A stretch of 64,000 nucleotides of DNA from NCBI GenBank assembly GCA_963733485.1, contig CAVTDL010000005.1, positions 31,733 through 95,732 of the forward strand, in the 5' to 3' direction. Each line of letters starts with the position of its first letter. Within the stretch, counting starts at the first letter, position 1. Positions 23,825 to 33,740 of the stretch are shown here, one piece after another. The notes under the pieces are model-generated. The model was not told where the DNA came from, made no database searches, and saw nothing but the letters and a program-made list of their open reading frames with translations. This DNA is from an uncultured delta proteobacterium (GTDB taxonomy: Bacteria; Myxococcota; Myxococcia; Myxococcales; Anaeromyxobacteraceae). The translations under genes were made by a program, and so were the position numbers.

Positions 23825-25635
23825 GGCGCATACCCCCGGAACGCGCCGCGGTGGAAGTCGGCGTGGCACCCCTGGCACGTGGTCGGCACCGGCCGGTACC
23901 GAGTCACCGCCGCGCCCTCCACCTGGACGCGCGGGTGACACCTCTCGCAGGCGACCTGGCGGTGCTTGCCGTCGAGCGCGAACTTCGTGAACGGCGGCGC
24001 GTGGGCGAACCGGTCGGCGGGCTTCCAGGCCTCCGTCCCGTGGCAGCGGCCGCAGTCGGACCCCTTCCCCGGCCCGGCGAGCTGGCCCGCGTGGACGTCG
24101 GCGTGGCAGCCGGCGCAGGCGAGCGGGAGCGGCCGGTAGCGGACCACCCCCGACGCGTCGGGCCGGTGACAGGAGGCGCAGGCCGCGCGCGCGTGCTTGC
24201 CGTCGAGGGCGAAGCGCGTGTCGCGGGTGTGGTCGAGCCGCACCTTCCGGAACGACTCGAGGCCGTGGCACGCCGCGCAGCCCTCGGCCCGCGCCCGCGC
24301 GTCGAGCTGGCCGCCGTGCGGGTCGCGGTGGCAGGTGCGGCAGTCGCTCGCCTTCGGGAGGTCGTAGACGGCGAGGCTCACCTTCACCGGGCGGCGCTTG
24401 CGCGCGAGCTCGCTGCGCACGGCGGCCGGCATCTTCGCGGCGAGCCGCGCGTCCTTCGGGTGGCAGCGGGCGCAGGCGACCGCGCGGTGAGCGCCCTCCA
24501 GCCGGTAGGACGCGCGGGCGTGGTCCTCGAGCTCGTAGCGGGCCGGGACGAACCCCTCGACGCCGTGGCAGCGATCGCAGGTCTGGCCGGGCCCGGCGCG
24601 CGGGGCCGCCCCGGCGGCGGCGTCGAGCTGGCCGAGGTGGGCGTCGGCGTGGCAGTCGGTGCACTGCCCGAAGGCGATCCCCTTGTAGCGCGCCTTCGCG
24701 CCGGGCCAGGGGCCGTGGCAGGCCTCGCAGGACGCCTCGAGGTGCGCGCCTCGGAGCGGGTAGCGCGTCTTCTCGTGGAAGGCGCGCTTCGCGCCGGCGC
24801 CCACCACCTTCGCCCAGCCCTCGGTGGTGTGGCACCCGGCGCACGCGGCGCCGAAGCGGTCCTGGTGAGGGTCCTTGTGGCAGTCGGTGCAGCGCTGGAA
24901 CGGCAGCTCGCGGTAGCGGACGAAGGCGCCCGCGCGCACCGGCGCGGTCGCGCCGGGCGGCGCGCCGCGGGGCGCCTCCTCCACCGCCGGGTGGCACCGC
25001 GCGCAGGCCACCTTCGCGTGCTTCCCCTCCAGCCGGTAGGCCGTCCGGGCGTGGTCGAAGCGCGGCACCGGCTTCCAGGCGTCCTCGGAGTGGCAGCGCT
25101 GGCACTCGCCGCCGAGCTGGCCGCGGTGCTCGTCGAAGTGGCACGCCGCGCAGGCCTGCGGCGCACCGAGCAGCGTCCTCCGCCCCGGCTGCTTGCCGAG
25201 CAGCTCCTTCACCGCCGGGTCGGCCACGAGCCGCGGGTCGTGGCAGCGCGCGCACTCGACCCGCCGGTGCTTGCCCCGGAGCGCGAAGCCGGTGCGCGCG
25301 TGATCGAAGGCCTTCTGCCCCGCCCTCCCCCAGTCCACCAGCGGGAAGTCCCGTCCCTGGTGCTCGTGGTGGCACCCCTGGCAGGCCTCGCGCTCGGCGG
25401 GCGAGAGGCGCCCGTGGAGGCCGCGCCCCGCGGCGACGCGCGGCGCGAGCTCGGCGTGGCAGGCGAGGCAGGTGGCCGCGGCGAGCTGCTGGCCGGCCGC
25501 GTGGCACCTGGTGCACTGCCCGAGCCCCTCGAGCGACTGATGGGCGCGGGAGAGCGGGCCGGGGGAGAACACGTCGGGGCGCGCCTGGCCGGCGGACAGG
25601 AGGGTGACGAGGAGCAGCGGGACGAAGCGTGTCAT
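23821..25635 (-). CDS. Large multiheme cytochrome c, 20 CxxCH in tri-heme repeats
   Basis: Signal MTRFVPLLLVTLLSAGQA, SPGPLSRAH; 20 CxxCH counted; repeated FDH..T.F.L.GKH..V.CxxCH units. Confidence 0.95.
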   Translation of the reverse strand: MTRFVPLLLVTLLSAGQARPDVFSPGPLSRAHQSLEGLGQCTRCHAAGQQLAAATCLACHAELAPRVAAGRGLHGRLSPAEREACQGCHHEHQGRDFPLVDWGRAGQKAFDHARTGFALRGKHRRVECARCHDPRLVADPAVKELLGKQPGRRTLLGAPQACAACHFDEHRGQLGGECQRCHSEDAWKPVPRFDHARTAYRLEGKHAKVACARCHPAVEEAPRGAPPGATAPVRAGAFVRYRELPFQRCTDCHKDPHQDRFGAACAGCHTTEGWAKVVGAGAKRAFHEKTRYPLRGAHLEASCEACHGPWPGAKARYKGIAFGQCTDCHADAHLGQLDAAAGAAPRAGPGQTCDRCHGVEGFVPARYELEDHARASYRLEGAHRAVACARCHPKDARLAAKMPAAVRSELARKRRPVKVSLAVYDLPKASDCRTCHRDPHGGQLDARARAEGCAACHGLESFRKVRLDHTRDTRFALDGKHARAACASCHRPDASGVVRYRPLPLACAGCHADVHAGQLAGPGKGSDCGRCHGTEAWKPADRFAHAPPFTKFALDGKHRQVACERCHPRVQVEGAAVTRYRPVPTTCQGCHADFHRGAFRGYAP

Positions 25636-27874
25636 CGTCGGAGGAGCCCGTAGCCGAGGTAGAGGGAGAGCCCGATGTGGGCCGCGATGGTGAGGACCAG
25701 GAAGCCCGCCAGCGAGGCGTGGAAGACGCGCCAGCCGCGCAGCAGCCGCTTGAGCGAGGCGTAGAACCGGATCTGCCAGCGGAGCCGGCCGAGCCGCACC
25801 ACCGCGGCGCGGAAGGCGGCGAAGTGATCGGTCCCGTGGAACCGCCGCCGGAGGCGGAGCAGCCGCACCCGCAAGAGGAGCGACTCGGCGGGCATGAGGA
25901 CGAAGAGCAGCGCGAGCGAGCCGGCCTCGACCGGCGCGGTGGCGCGCGCGAGCAGCGCCTCCGCCGGCGCGCCCGCCTCCCGCAGCAGCGGGCCGAGCTC
26001 GTCGCGCAGCCGCTCGAAGCGCGCGAGCAGGTCGGCCAGCTCGACCGCCTTGCCGCCGTCGGAGGGGACGGCGCCGTAGATGAAGCGCCCCACCACCCCG
26101 GTGCAGACCACCACCCCGAGCGCGGTGGCGGTCCCGGTGGCGAGCAGGTTGTTCGACTGAAACGCCGCGTGGAAGGCGATCACGAGCGGGCTCATGAAGC
26201 CCACGAAGACGTGGAAGTCGAGCCAGCCCCGGATCCCGCCCAGCGACGCGAGCCGCTTCCACCGCTTGCGGATCGCGTACAGGAAGTTGGAGAGCATGAA
26301 CGCGGTGGCGGCGATCCCCACCCCGTGCCCCCAGGGACCGGCCGGCTTGAGCGACGGGTGCAGCGGGGAGCGGAGCCGGTCCACCCGCGCGAGCGGGTAG
26401 TACTCCCGCCCCTGCCAGGCGAGGAGCGCGAGGATCGAGAGCCCTGCCGCGGCGAGCAGCGCGCGCGTCACCCGCCGCCGGGCCCGCTCGCCCCGCTCGC
26501 GCTCCGCCGCCGCCTGCCGCCGCTGCGCTCGTATGCCGCCGACCGCGGCGATCTCTTCGCCGCGCGGCGCGCCGGGGGCCTCCCCGTGGTAGCGCCGCAG
26601 CGCCACCCCGACCTGGGCCAGGAACTCCAGCGGCAGCTCGCCGCCGATGCTCACCACCACGTAGTCGTTCTCGAGGGTGGCGACGCGCCCGCTCACCCGG
26701 AGCTCCACCTCGCGCGGCCGGATGGCGACCACCTCCGACCCGAGCAGCAGGCGCAGGCGGCCGGCCGTCCCCAGCGCCTCGGCCTTGCGCCGGTTCGCCT
26801 CGCGGCACCGGGACAGCTCCGCGCCGCGGTACGACAGCGTCACGCGGGCGGTGGAGGACTCGGCGAGCTGCACGGCGGCCTCGATGGCGGAGTCGCCGCC
26901 GCCCACCACGAGGACGTCGTCGCCGTCGAACTGCTCGGGCTCGGTGAGCCCCTGCAGCACCTTCTCGAGCTCCTCCCCCGGCACGCCCAGCCGGCGGGGC
27001 GTCCCGCGGCGTCCGGTGGCGAGGACGACCTTGGAGGCCTCCACGAGGCCCCTGGAGGTGCGGAGCACGAAGCGCCCGTCCTCGCCGTCGATCCCCTCGA
27101 CCTTGACCCCCTCCTCGACCTCGACGCCGCTGCGGACCAGCGCGCGCCGCCAGGTGGCGAGCAGCTCCTCCTTGCGGATGCTCCGCTTGCCGAGCGTGCC
27201 CACCAGCGGCAGCTCCACCGGCTCGGTCATGGTGAGCTTCTTGCGCGGATAGTGCGCGATCGAGCCGCCCACCGTGTCCTGCTCGAGGAGCCGGAGCGGC
27301 ACGCCGCGCGCCTTCAGGCCGATGGCCGCGGCGAGCCCCGCCGGACCTGCGCCCACCACCGCCACGGGCGCCCCGCCGCGCGGCGCGATCTCGGCGAGGC
27401 GCTCCGCCACCTCCAGCCCCTGGACGACGGCGTTCCTGATGAGGCCCATCCCCCCGAGCTCGCCCACCACGTGGACGCCGGCGCGCGAGGACTCGAACGC
27501 CCCGTCCACCTCCGGCAGGTCGACGCCGCGCTCGGCGCTGCCGAAGACCAGCCGGATCGCGCCCACCGGGCACTCCGCGGCGCAGCGCCCGTGGCCGATG
27601 CAGTGGTCGGCGTGGACGAGGTGGGCGGCGCCGCCCACGATGCCGAGGATGTCGCCCTCGGGACAGGCGCGCAGGCACGAGAGGCTGCCGATGCAGACGT
27701 CCGGGTCGATGACGGGGTGGAGCGACCGCGGCGGGCGCCGCCCGCCGGCGGTCCGGCCTCGATCGCGGCCGCGTCGCGCCGCTGCCGCGCCCAGCGGCGG
27801 CCGAGGTGACCACCTGCCAGCAGGCCGACGGAGAGGAGGGATCCGGAGACGATCCAGACGGTGGCGAGATCCAT
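25632..27874 (-). CDS. Membrane-bound FAD/NAD(P)-dependent oxidoreductase: TM anchor, dicluster ferredoxin domain, TrxR-like domain, di-heme-b TM domain; frameshift near 27750
   Basis: CIGSLSCLRACP and CIGHGRCAAECP; VVGAGPAG; VVGGGDSAIE..SYRG; C-terminal TMs with WLDFH-x13-H and WRVFH-x13-H. Confidence 0.88.
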
Positions 27875-28176
27875 GGTGACGGGTGCGACCCCCGGAGCAT
27901 CTTCCCCTGGAAGGTCCGCCCGCGCGGAGTACACGAGCGCACGCTCCCCAACCGAGATCGTGCGACAGGCTCTCAACACGGCCGCGTGGGCCCCCTCGAA
28001 CGAAGCCGCCGTGACCTGCGTGGAGGCGCCGCGCCGGCATTCACTCTCCGAGAAGGTTCGCGCCGGGATCACGGCCGCTCGCGCCCGAGCACCATCCGCT
28101 TGACAGGCTCCCGGCCCGTCCATAAAGATGCCTCCGCTATAACGGACAAGCCCGCGAGGCGGGCGAGCGAGGGCGC

Positions 28177-29121
<945 letters not shown>

Positions 29122-29187
29122 GCCCGACACCCCGAAAGGTCACGCGGCTCTTTACAGGGGCGCGGAGGATCGAGTACTAGACCGCCC

Positions 29188-29260
29188 GACCCCATCGTCT
29201 AGAGGCCCAGGACACCGCCCTTTCAAGGCTGTAACCGGGGTTCGAATCCCCGTGGGGTCA
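29188..29260 (+). tRNA. tRNA-Glu (UUC)
   Basis: GACCCCA/TGGGGTC acceptor stem, TCGTCTAGAGGCCCAGGAC D arm, CTTTCAA anticodon loop, GGTTCGAATCC T arm; TTTACA-N18-TACTAG upstream. Confidence 0.95.
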
Positions 29261-29353
29261 CAGCTTTCTCTGCGCGCCGGCGCTGGGCCTCGGGTCGCGC
29301 TCCGCGCGACGACGATGGCCCCGGCGTCGTGAGTGCCCAGGGACCAGCGCTCG

Positions 29354-29392
29354 TTCAAGGCTGTAACCACGTTCGAATCCCCGTGGGGTCAC
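29354..29392 (+). repeat. Near-exact copy of the tRNA-Glu 3' half (att-like direct repeat)
   Basis: ttcaaggctgtaacc-acg-ttcgaatccccgtggggtcac, versus 29222-29261 ttcaaggctgtaacc-gggg-ttcgaatccccgtggggtcac. Confidence 0.88.
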
Positions 29393-29498
29393 TCACGAAA
29401 TCGCTGCGAAGGGCATCGACTCCAGCGTCGTGTCCCAGGAGATAGACGCCGGCCCTGACCAGGACCGGGCGTTCGTTCTCCGGCCGAGGCCTCCCCGG

Positions 29499-30737
29499 TC
29501 AGGGCACCGCGCGGATCGTCAGCAGGATGTCGAGGTCGCGCGGGGCGACCTCGCCGTCGTCGAACTGGATCGTCCACGGCGAGGCGCTCCCGTTGATGAT
29601 CATCGAGGGCGGGATGACCTGCCTCCCCGATCCGGAGATCATCTGGGCGGAGAACACGGTGCCCGCCGGGAACGGATTGCCGTTGTCATCCAGGCGGAAC
29701 ACCGTCCCCACCGCCGGCTCGAAGCAGCCGTTCGTGAAGAGCGTCCTCACCACCGGTGAGGTCACGGTGAAGGTGTTGCCTAGGGCCCCGCACTCGCGAG
29801 CCGTGAGCTCGATGTCGATCCGCGCAGCCTGAGCGAGGGTGATCGAGCAGCTCGCGAGCTCGCCCGTGTTGGCGGCGTCGCGACACTGGAGCCCGGCGGG
29901 GGGAGACACCGTGAAGGTCCTCGCGGCGATCGACGTCGCCCCGTCGTTGTCGGTCACGATGAGCCGAGCCGTGACCGTGGTGAGCGAGGAGACGCCGTAG
30001 GTGTGGATCGGGTTCTTGGCCGTGGAGCCCGCCCCGTCGCCGAAGCTCCAGCTCCACGCCGTCACGGTGCCGCCGGCGTCGGTGCTCTGATCGGTGAAGG
30101 TGCAGGTGTTCGAGTTGCAGGCGACGGCGAACGCGGCCGCCGGTGGGGTCCCCGTCGCCGGCGGCGCGACCACGGTGACGTCCTGGGCCGCGGTGGCGGA
30201 CTCACCGTCGACGTCCACGACGGTGACCGCGATCGAGTAGGTGCCGGCCGAGGCGTACGTGTGGCTCGGGTTCGCCTGGGTCGACGCGGCCCCGTCGCCA
30301 AAGGTCCAGCTTCGGCTCGCGATCGCCGTGCTCGAGCCCCTGGCGTCGGTGCTCGTGTCGGTCATGGTGCAGGTCAGACCGGAGCAGGAGAGATCGAACT
30401 TCGCGACGGGCGGCAGCCTCATCGTGACCTGGCGGGAGGTCGTGCCGGTGGCGTTGCCGTCGTCGGTCACCTTCAGCGTCACGGTGTACGTGCCGGGCGC
30501 GCCGTAGGTGTGAACCGGGCTCACGTCGGCGGAGGTGCCCTCGTCACCGAAGGTCCAGGCGTGGGAGACGACGGCGCCATTGGAGTCGCTGCTCCCGTCC
30601 ACGAAGCTGCAGCGCAGGTCGGTGCAGGTCACCGTGAACGCAGCGGTCGGCGGAGCGTTGTTGTCACCGCCGCCGCCGCCACATCCGGAAGCCACGACGC
30701 CTGCGATCGCTGCACAGAGAACGAGCCTCGCCCGCAT
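29499..30737 (-). CDS. PKD-repeat surface lipoprotein (three PKD domains)
   Basis: Lipobox ASGC; three units of P.A.F...C..L.C.F.D.S.D..W.FGDG....P.HTY...GTY.V.L.V.D.DG. Confidence 0.9.
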   Translation of the reverse strand: MRARLVLCAAIAGVVASGCGGGGGDNNAPPTAAFTVTCTDLRCSFVDGSSDSNGAVVSHAWTFGDEGTSADVSPVHTYGAPGTYTVTLKVTDDGNATGTTSRQVTMRLPPVAKFDLSCSGLTCTMTDTSTDARGSSTAIASRSWTFGDGAASTQANPSHTYASAGTYSIAVTVVDVDGESATAAQDVTVVAPPATGTPPAAAFAVACNSNTCTFTDQSTDAGGTVTAWSWSFGDGAGSTAKNPIHTYGVSSLTTVTARLIVTDNDGATSIAARTFTVSPPAGLQCRDAANTGELASCSITLAQAARIDIELTARECGALGNTFTVTSPVVRTLFTNGCFEPAVGTVFRLDDNGNPFPAGTVFSAQMISGSGRQVIPPSMIINGSASPWTIQFDDGEVAPRDLDILLTIRAVP

Positions 30738-30914
30738 GCCGCACCTCCCCGGAGTTGTCACTTCGCGGAACCTAGCACAGGGACGACTCCCCGCCTGTCC
30801 CGTGGCCCGTGACCTCGATCCCCCATCGAACCCGCGTCCGCCCTGGTGGTTGCACGGCCCCCATGGGCGACACGAACGCACATCGCGGCTCCGGCCCGCC
30901 GCACCAGCGCCCAT

Positions 30915-30946
30915 GAAAGAAGGGCCCGGCGATCGACGCCGGGCCC
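30915..30946 (-). terminator. Intrinsic terminator after the OmpA-family gene
   Basis: 10-bp stem gggcccggcg/cgccgggccc followed by TTCTTTC on the minus strand. Confidence 0.65.
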
Positions 30947-30967
30947 CCGAGACGACGCCGCCGCGCG

Positions 30968-31807
30968 CTAGTGGGCCGTGATCATGAACTCCACGCGGCG
31001 GTTCTGCTCGCGACCTTCGGCGGTCCCGTTGTCCCCCACCGGCTTGGTCGGACCGAAGCCGGCCGCCTCGAGCCGGGCCGCCTCGACGCCCTTGTCGACC
31101 AGGTAGGTCCGGACCGCCTGGGCCCGCTTCTTCGAGAGCGAGGTGTTGAGCTTCGCGCTGCCGGTGCTGTCGGTGTGCCCCTCGATCCGCACCTTCTTCA
31201 CCTCGGCGTGATGCTTCAGCGCCTGCGCCACGTCGTCGAGGAGCGGGAACGAGACCGGCTTGATGGTCGCCTTACCGGTGTCGAAGTAGACCTTCTCGGT
31301 CAGCTCGAGCTTCTCTTGCGTGACCTCGACCCGCTTCGGCGGCTCGATGCGGTACTCACCGCCGGTGACGTCGCTCTCGGGCTTCCCGGGGGCGATGGCG
31401 ATGGCGCGCAGCGTGCTCGCGCTCGTCCACCGCGATCGGCCCGGTGTACGTGGGCGAGGAGGCGGTCGGTGCGCTCCCGTCGGTGGTGTAGTGGATGACC
31501 GCGTCCGGCGTGTCGCTGGTGATGGTCACCGACTGCGCCGACTGGTACGTGCCCGGGGCGGGGTTGAAGCGCGCCGAGGCGGCCGGCTCGGGGGCCGGGG
31601 CCGGGACCGGCGGAGGCGGCTCGGGCTTCGGGGCGGGACTGTCGGGGCCGGCGCCGCGACCTTGACGGGCTGCGCGCAGGGCGCTGTGCAGGGTTGTGCG
31701 CAGGGGTTGCACCACGGGAGCGGCGCGGCGGCGGCCGTGCGCGCGGCTTCGGTCGAGGCACAACCGGCCAGGACGAGGAGGGCCGAGACGACGAGCAGAT
31801 TCTTCAT
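30968..31807 (-). CDS. OmpA-family lipoprotein with chitobiase/Fn3-like domain; frameshifted
   Basis: MKNLLVVSALLVLAGC; PAPGTY..TPDAVIHYTTDGSAPT; IEGHTDSTG..N..LSKKRAQAV..NRRVEF. Confidence 0.88.
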
Positions 31808-32142
31808 GCGGGAGGTCTCCTCCGGCTCGCCCAGTCGGCCGGAACGCCCGGGCACCGGGCGTTCAGCAGACACGGGCAGACACGAACCGGCGCTGGTTTG
31901 TCGTCACAGGCTACCTGCGCCGAATCGCACCTCGATTCGAAATGTGCGAGTCCCGATAGGGTACACGCACTTCAGGTGCGGGACTGGCCCTCCGCACCCC
32001 GCGAGGCGCGCGCCCTGCGTCATCGCGAGCGTAGGGCCTCGACGCCACGCAGGGCGCATGCGCGAGCGGCCGATATCGATGAGCGACACGCCGAGGAGCG
32101 CCCCTCGCCGCGGCGCGTCAGACCCGCGGGCGGAGCCGCGCG

Positions 32143-33207
32143 TCACGCCTCCTCGAACACGGCCCCCACCTCCGCGGCGGCGCCGCGGAGCTGCTCCCAG
32201 GTGGCCCGCTCCACCGGGATCCCCTCCGCCAGCCGCCGCGCGCGCCAGGCCAGCTCCGGCTCGCCCGCGACCAGCACCGGCAGCGAGGGGTCCGCGGGTG
32301 GGGAGGCCTTCACGTGGTCGATGGCGGCGGCGATCTCCGCCTCGAGGCCGGCCGCACCGGGCAGCCGACCCGGATCGATGATCAGGCTCAGCACGTTGTT
32401 GGTGATCCGCTCCTGCTCCTGCGGCACCCGCGACACGGTGCCGCCGCCGGTGAGCGCGCCGGCGAGCAGCTCGCAGACGAAGGCGAGGCCGTAGCCCTTG
32501 TGCAGGCCGAACGGCAGGATCGCCCCGCGCGGCTCCTGGTACATGACCGCCGGATCGGTGGTGGGCTGGCCGGCCGCGTCGATGAGGACGCCCTCGGCGA
32601 GCCGCTCGCCGCGGTTCAGCGCCACCCGCACCTTCCCGAGCGCGACCAGGCTGGTGGCGAAGTCGAGGATCACCGCCGGCTTCCCCGCCGCCGCGGGCAC
32701 GCCCACGCAGAACGGGTTGGTGGCGAAGCGCGCGTCGCTGCCGCGGAACGGCGCGACCAGCGGCGCGTGGCCGACCACGTTCACGAAGTGGATCGAGACC
32801 AGCCCCTCGGCGGCGGCCTGCTCGGCGTAGGTGCCGACGCGGCCCACGTGGAAGGCGTTCCGGAGCGCCACCAGGGAGAGGCCGACCTCGCACGCGCGGC
32901 GGATGCCGGCGGCCGTCCCCTGCCGTGCCACCACCTGCCCGAACCCCTTCCGCCCGTCCACCGCCAGGACCGGCCCTCCCCGGTCCTCCACCTCGGCGTG
33001 CGCGCGCGGGTCGAGGACGCCCACGCGGATGGCGCGGACGTAGTGCGGCAGCATGCCGATCCCGTGGCTGTCGTGGCCGGCCAGGTTGGCGTCGACCAGG
33101 TGATCGGCGACGACGCGCGCGTCCGCCTCTGCAGCGCCGGCGGCGGAGAGGACGCGGACCGCGAGCGCGCGGAGGTGCTGGTGGGTGGCGATCACGGTGG
33201 CGTCCAT
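32143..33207 (-). CDS. Ldh_2 family hydroxyacid dehydrogenase (HcxB/YbiC-like)
   Basis: ANLAGHDSHG, HVGRVG, ATNPFC, ILDFATS, HKGYGLA. Confidence 0.92.
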   Translation of the reverse strand: MDATVIATHQHLRALAVRVLSAAGAAEADARVVADHLVDANLAGHDSHGIGMLPHYVRAIRVGVLDPRAHAEVEDRGGPVLAVDGRKGFGQVVARQGTAAGIRRACEVGLSLVALRNAFHVGRVGTYAEQAAAEGLVSIHFVNVVGHAPLVAPFRGSDARFATNPFCVGVPAAAGKPAVILDFATSLVALGKVRVALNRGERLAEGVLIDAAGQPTTDPAVMYQEPRGAILPFGLHKGYGLAFVCELLAGALTGGGTVSRVPQEQERITNNVLSLIIDPGRLPGAAGLEAEIAAAIDHVKASPPADPSLPVLVAGEPELAWRARRLAEGIPVERATWEQLRGAAAEVGAVFEEA

Positions 33208-33294
33208 GCATCCCCTCGGCGGGCCGCGGCGCCGCGGCGAGACGGCGAGGCTAGCACGGGGCCTGCGACGCCGGCGCGCGGCTGCGCCGGTCGC

Positions 33295-33690
33295 TCAGTG
33301 CCGGGAGGGCGTTCCGCCGACGCCCTTCCTCGCCTCGGCGCGCGCGCGGATCCTCCGGAACTCGGCCTCGAGCTCGCGGAGCTCGTCGTCGGTCGCGTGC
33401 TCGAGATCGGCGAAGGTGTTCCGGGCGTGACGCTGGGCGCGGATCAGCTCGTCCAGCTTCAGGTGCAGCGCGCGGGTCTCGCGGTTCTGCGTGGCCTGGA
33501 TGACGAACACCATCAGGAAGGTCACCACGGTGGTGCCGGTGTTGATGACGAGCTGCCAGCTGTCGGCGAAGCCGAAGAACGGCCCCGTGACGGCCCAGGC
33601 GACGACCACCAGCAGCGCCAGCCCGAACGCGAGCGGCGTCCCGACCGCGTCCGAGAGGAGGTAGGCGAACCGGGCGAAGCGCTCGTTCAC
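33295..33690 (-). CDS. Low-affinity iron permease (Fet4-like) family protein
   Basis: WAVTGPFFGFADSWQLVINTGTTVVTFLMVFVIQATQNRETRALHLKLDELIRA. Confidence 0.88.
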   Translation of the reverse strand: MNERFARFAYLLSDAVGTPLAFGLALLVVVAWAVTGPFFGFADSWQLVINTGTTVVTFLMVFVIQATQNRETRALHLKLDELIRAQRHARNTFADLEHATDDELRELEAEFRRIRARAEARKGVGGTPSRH

Positions 33691-33740
33691 CTCTACAAGG
33701 TAGGCACGCCGGGCAACGCCCGAAGCCGGCGGGCGAGCGC

